DNA from: a virus
Taxonomy: Duplodnaviria; Caudoviricetes
IMG/VR virus record: IMGVR_UViG_3300022707_004402
Location: 1 to 57,415 of that record
Length of the DNA: 57,415 nt
Reading direction: 5' to 3' (one strand)
In this document: positions 55,779 to 57,415 of the stretch, in pieces
Numbering within the stretch: the first letter of the stretch is position 1
How the letters are laid out: each line of letters begins with the position of its first letter
Translations under genes and position numbers: made by a program
The notes under the pieces: model-generated
What the model was told of the DNA's origin: nothing
Seen by the model: the letters and a program-made list of their open reading frames with translations, nothing else
Databases searched by the model: none

Positions 55779-55905
55779 AATTCTTTTGATAATAGTCTCA
55801 GGATGGATATTACTTTCCATCCTGGGAATTATTTGTGTTCTTATTGTTTTAAAAAAGGGAAACAATGAAAGTTGGGAAGAAGAAACTGAGAATGAGTTCT
55901 GGTGA
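55771..55905 (+). CDS. Small membrane protein (44 aa)
   Basis: MAKILLIIVSGWILLSILGIICVLIVLKKG... single TM helix with an acidic tail. Confidence 0.45.
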   Translation: MAKILLIIVSGWILLSILGIICVLIVLKKGNNESWEEETENEFW

Positions 55906-56014
55906 GGTCAGGACATTCAAGAGCCCGGCCGCCAGGGACAAATTTGAGGAGGTGGCCCAGGCCGTGAAACACGGATTTAAGCCCACCGGAAAACCTAAAA
56001 AGAAAGGAAAATAA
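55865..56014 (+). CDS. Small basic protein (49 aa)
   Basis: MKVGKKKLRMSSGEVRTFKS.AARDKFE.VAQAVKHGFKP; TAATG-coupled. Confidence 0.55.
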   Translation: MKVGKKKLRMSSGEVRTFKSPAARDKFEEVAQAVKHGFKPTGKPKKKGK

Positions 56015-56168
56015 TGACCATAAAAGAATTGATGCAAGTTCTTCAATATTATGGAGAAAGATATGGTTGGAATCAGTTGGTTTTTGTGGGCTCCGGGAAT
56101 ACGACAACCATAAAAAGTGTTGGCATTACTTCTCCTCCAGATAAATTTTCAATCGAAGGAACATAATA

Positions 56169-56378
56169 ATGCCCCATTACGAATACCGATGCAGCAAAGG
56201 CCATGACTTTTCGGATTTTATGTTTAAGTATGACGAGCCTGGAAAATGCCCTGAATGCGGGGAAATTGTGAAAAAACATCTGATGTCCACGATGGCCAAC
56301 ACCACAATGATTTCCGGAACTGAGCGGAAACCGACAAATAGAAGTGCCATTAAAAAAGTAATTTATCCAAAGGCATGA
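56169..56378 (+). CDS. FmdB-family zinc-ribbon protein
   Basis: MPHYEYRC..GH.F...CPECG. Confidence 0.85.
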   Translation: MPHYEYRCSKGHDFSDFMFKYDEPGKCPECGEIVKKHLMSTMANTTMISGTERKPTNRSAIKKVIYPKA

Positions 56379-56605
56379 GTTTTCAGCTGATCAATTTAGG
56401 AAGATGTCCTTATTTACTTCATGATTGGTGGGAAATGAACAAAACTTTGTTAACGGCAAAAAACAAATCAATTTTATACGTTGGCTGTGCTGAATGTGTG
56501 GCCGAAAAAGTAGCTAAAAAAAGGAGAATACATGGCTGGAAAAACAGCATTGTCACCAGCGAGCACATTGGACTCGGGTTTAAGGATTCGGTCGTTTCAG
56601 CATAA
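56375..56605 (+). CDS. Hypothetical protein
   Basis: 76 aa, ATGA-coupled. Confidence 0.5.
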   Translation: MSFQLINLGRCPYLLHDWWEMNKTLLTAKNKSILYVGCAECVAEKVAKKRRIHGWKNSIVTSEHIGLGFKDSVVSA

Positions 56606-56688
56606 ACAGACATTGCGGGAAAGCCTGCCCGGAGCGCCAATGATAAAGAAACCCCGGAAAAAACGGGCTAAAAAGAAGGCTGGTCGGC

Positions 56689-57084
56689 GTGGCAGATAAC
56701 AAACCGATCCTGGCCATTGATTTTGATGGTACCATTGTGGAGCATGAATTCCCGGAGATTGGAAAGGAAATTCCTGGTGCCCTCCAAACCCTAAAGCAGC
56801 TCAAGGCCGTTGGGTGCCATCTCATTCTTTGGACCTGCAGGGAAGGCAAACCACTTTCCGATGCCGTCCTGTGGCTGCGGAAAAATGGCGTGGAGTTTGA
56901 TGTCTACAATCAAAACTTTAACCCGGCCCCGGACTTCAATCCTAAAAAAGTGTATGCCGACATTTACTTTGACGACCGGAATTTTAAACCGCTGGACGGG
57001 CCCATGGATGCAATGATGTGGACCCAGCTTTTGGCAAAGGCGTTAGGAATGACGAATGGAACAAAGAAAATTCACACCCGATGA
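56689..57084 (+). CDS. HAD-superfamily hydrolase (short, capless type)
   Basis: LAIDFDGTIV (motif I), LILWTCR (motif II), KVYADIYFDDR (motifs III/IV). Confidence 0.88.
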   Translation: MADNKPILAIDFDGTIVEHEFPEIGKEIPGALQTLKQLKAVGCHLILWTCREGKPLSDAVLWLRKNGVEFDVYNQNFNPAPDFNPKKVYADIYFDDRNFKPLDGPMDAMMWTQLLAKALGMTNGTKKIHTR

Positions 57085-57391
57085 AATTGAAAAAATTAAA
57101 GCAGTTGGCATTGAGTCCTTTGAGGGGCGTTGCGCTTGCGGAATCCATCCGGATAAGCCCAGTTTTTGCAAGGCCGGACCTTTCCCTGACAGTCTTGTTC
57201 CGGGTTGCTCTTATTATTTCCTTCCTGATGCTGAAGGCAATTTACAGAGACATGGGGATTGCAATGATTGCGGTGCGTGCTGCGCTTTACCCCGCAAAGA
57301 CGGCAGCCCTTATGGTGTGTACAGCCCACTTGGTCGTGCCTGTGTTCACCTTTTAGTCGATGGGAAACCTATTGATGGCAATGCAAGCTAA
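57056..57391 (+). CDS. Cys-rich (YkgJ-like) protein
   Basis: GDCNDCGACC...ACVHL plus further Cys residues. Confidence 0.6.
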   Translation: MEQRKFTPDEIEKIKAVGIESFEGRCACGIHPDKPSFCKAGPFPDSLVPGCSYYFLPDAEGNLQRHGDCNDCGACCALPRKDGSPYGVYSPLGRACVHLLVDGKPIDGNAS

Positions 57392-57415
57392 ATTTTATGG
57401 AGGGGAAGTAATGCC

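Noticed and set aside
1-57415. Prophage features (integrase, att sites, CI repressor, host genes) and terminal repeats
   Set aside because: None recognised; the entire window is phage-like and its two ends do not overlap.

Overview
The window is an almost complete ~57 kb tailed-phage genome, opened inside the terminase large subunit gene. The TerL frame is open from base 3, and the window ends on an RBS+ATG that may be its start. Head and tail gene order is P22/N4-like (podovirus-like). Plus strand 1-35223: TerL, small ORFs, portal, scaffold, major capsid, adaptor, a nozzle-like tail protein apparently split into two genes, tail-fibre/beta-helix proteins, ejection proteins, a ~2300-aa polyvalent protein (zincin + ADP-ribosyltransferase motifs), amidase endolysin and holin. 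Mostly minus strand 35286-49831: early recombination/replication genes (YqaJ, a broken RecT, replication initiator and loader, C5-methyltransferase-like, HNH nucleases, RHH regulators). Plus strand 49954-57415: a tRNA/ncRNA cluster, TerS, HU, YopX, HAD and many small ORFs. No integrase, CI-like repressor or DNA polymerase was recognised. The most striking unexplained signal is non-coding. (1) A tandem array of about seven different, individually closed structured RNAs on the minus strand (37838-38616), each preceded by a UAAUU(U) linker. (2) A second array on the plus strand (50120-50666) bracketed by tRNA-fMet and tRNA-Ile. (3) Each array holds a tRNA mimic with hairpins grafted into the D-loop and no normal anticodon arm. 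(4) A ~130-nt candidate sRNA (50983-51112) whose loop is complementary to the shared 5' leader/SD of the two leftward early operons. Protein calls come from motif recognition by eye and RNA folds from manual pairing; no database search or folding program was run.
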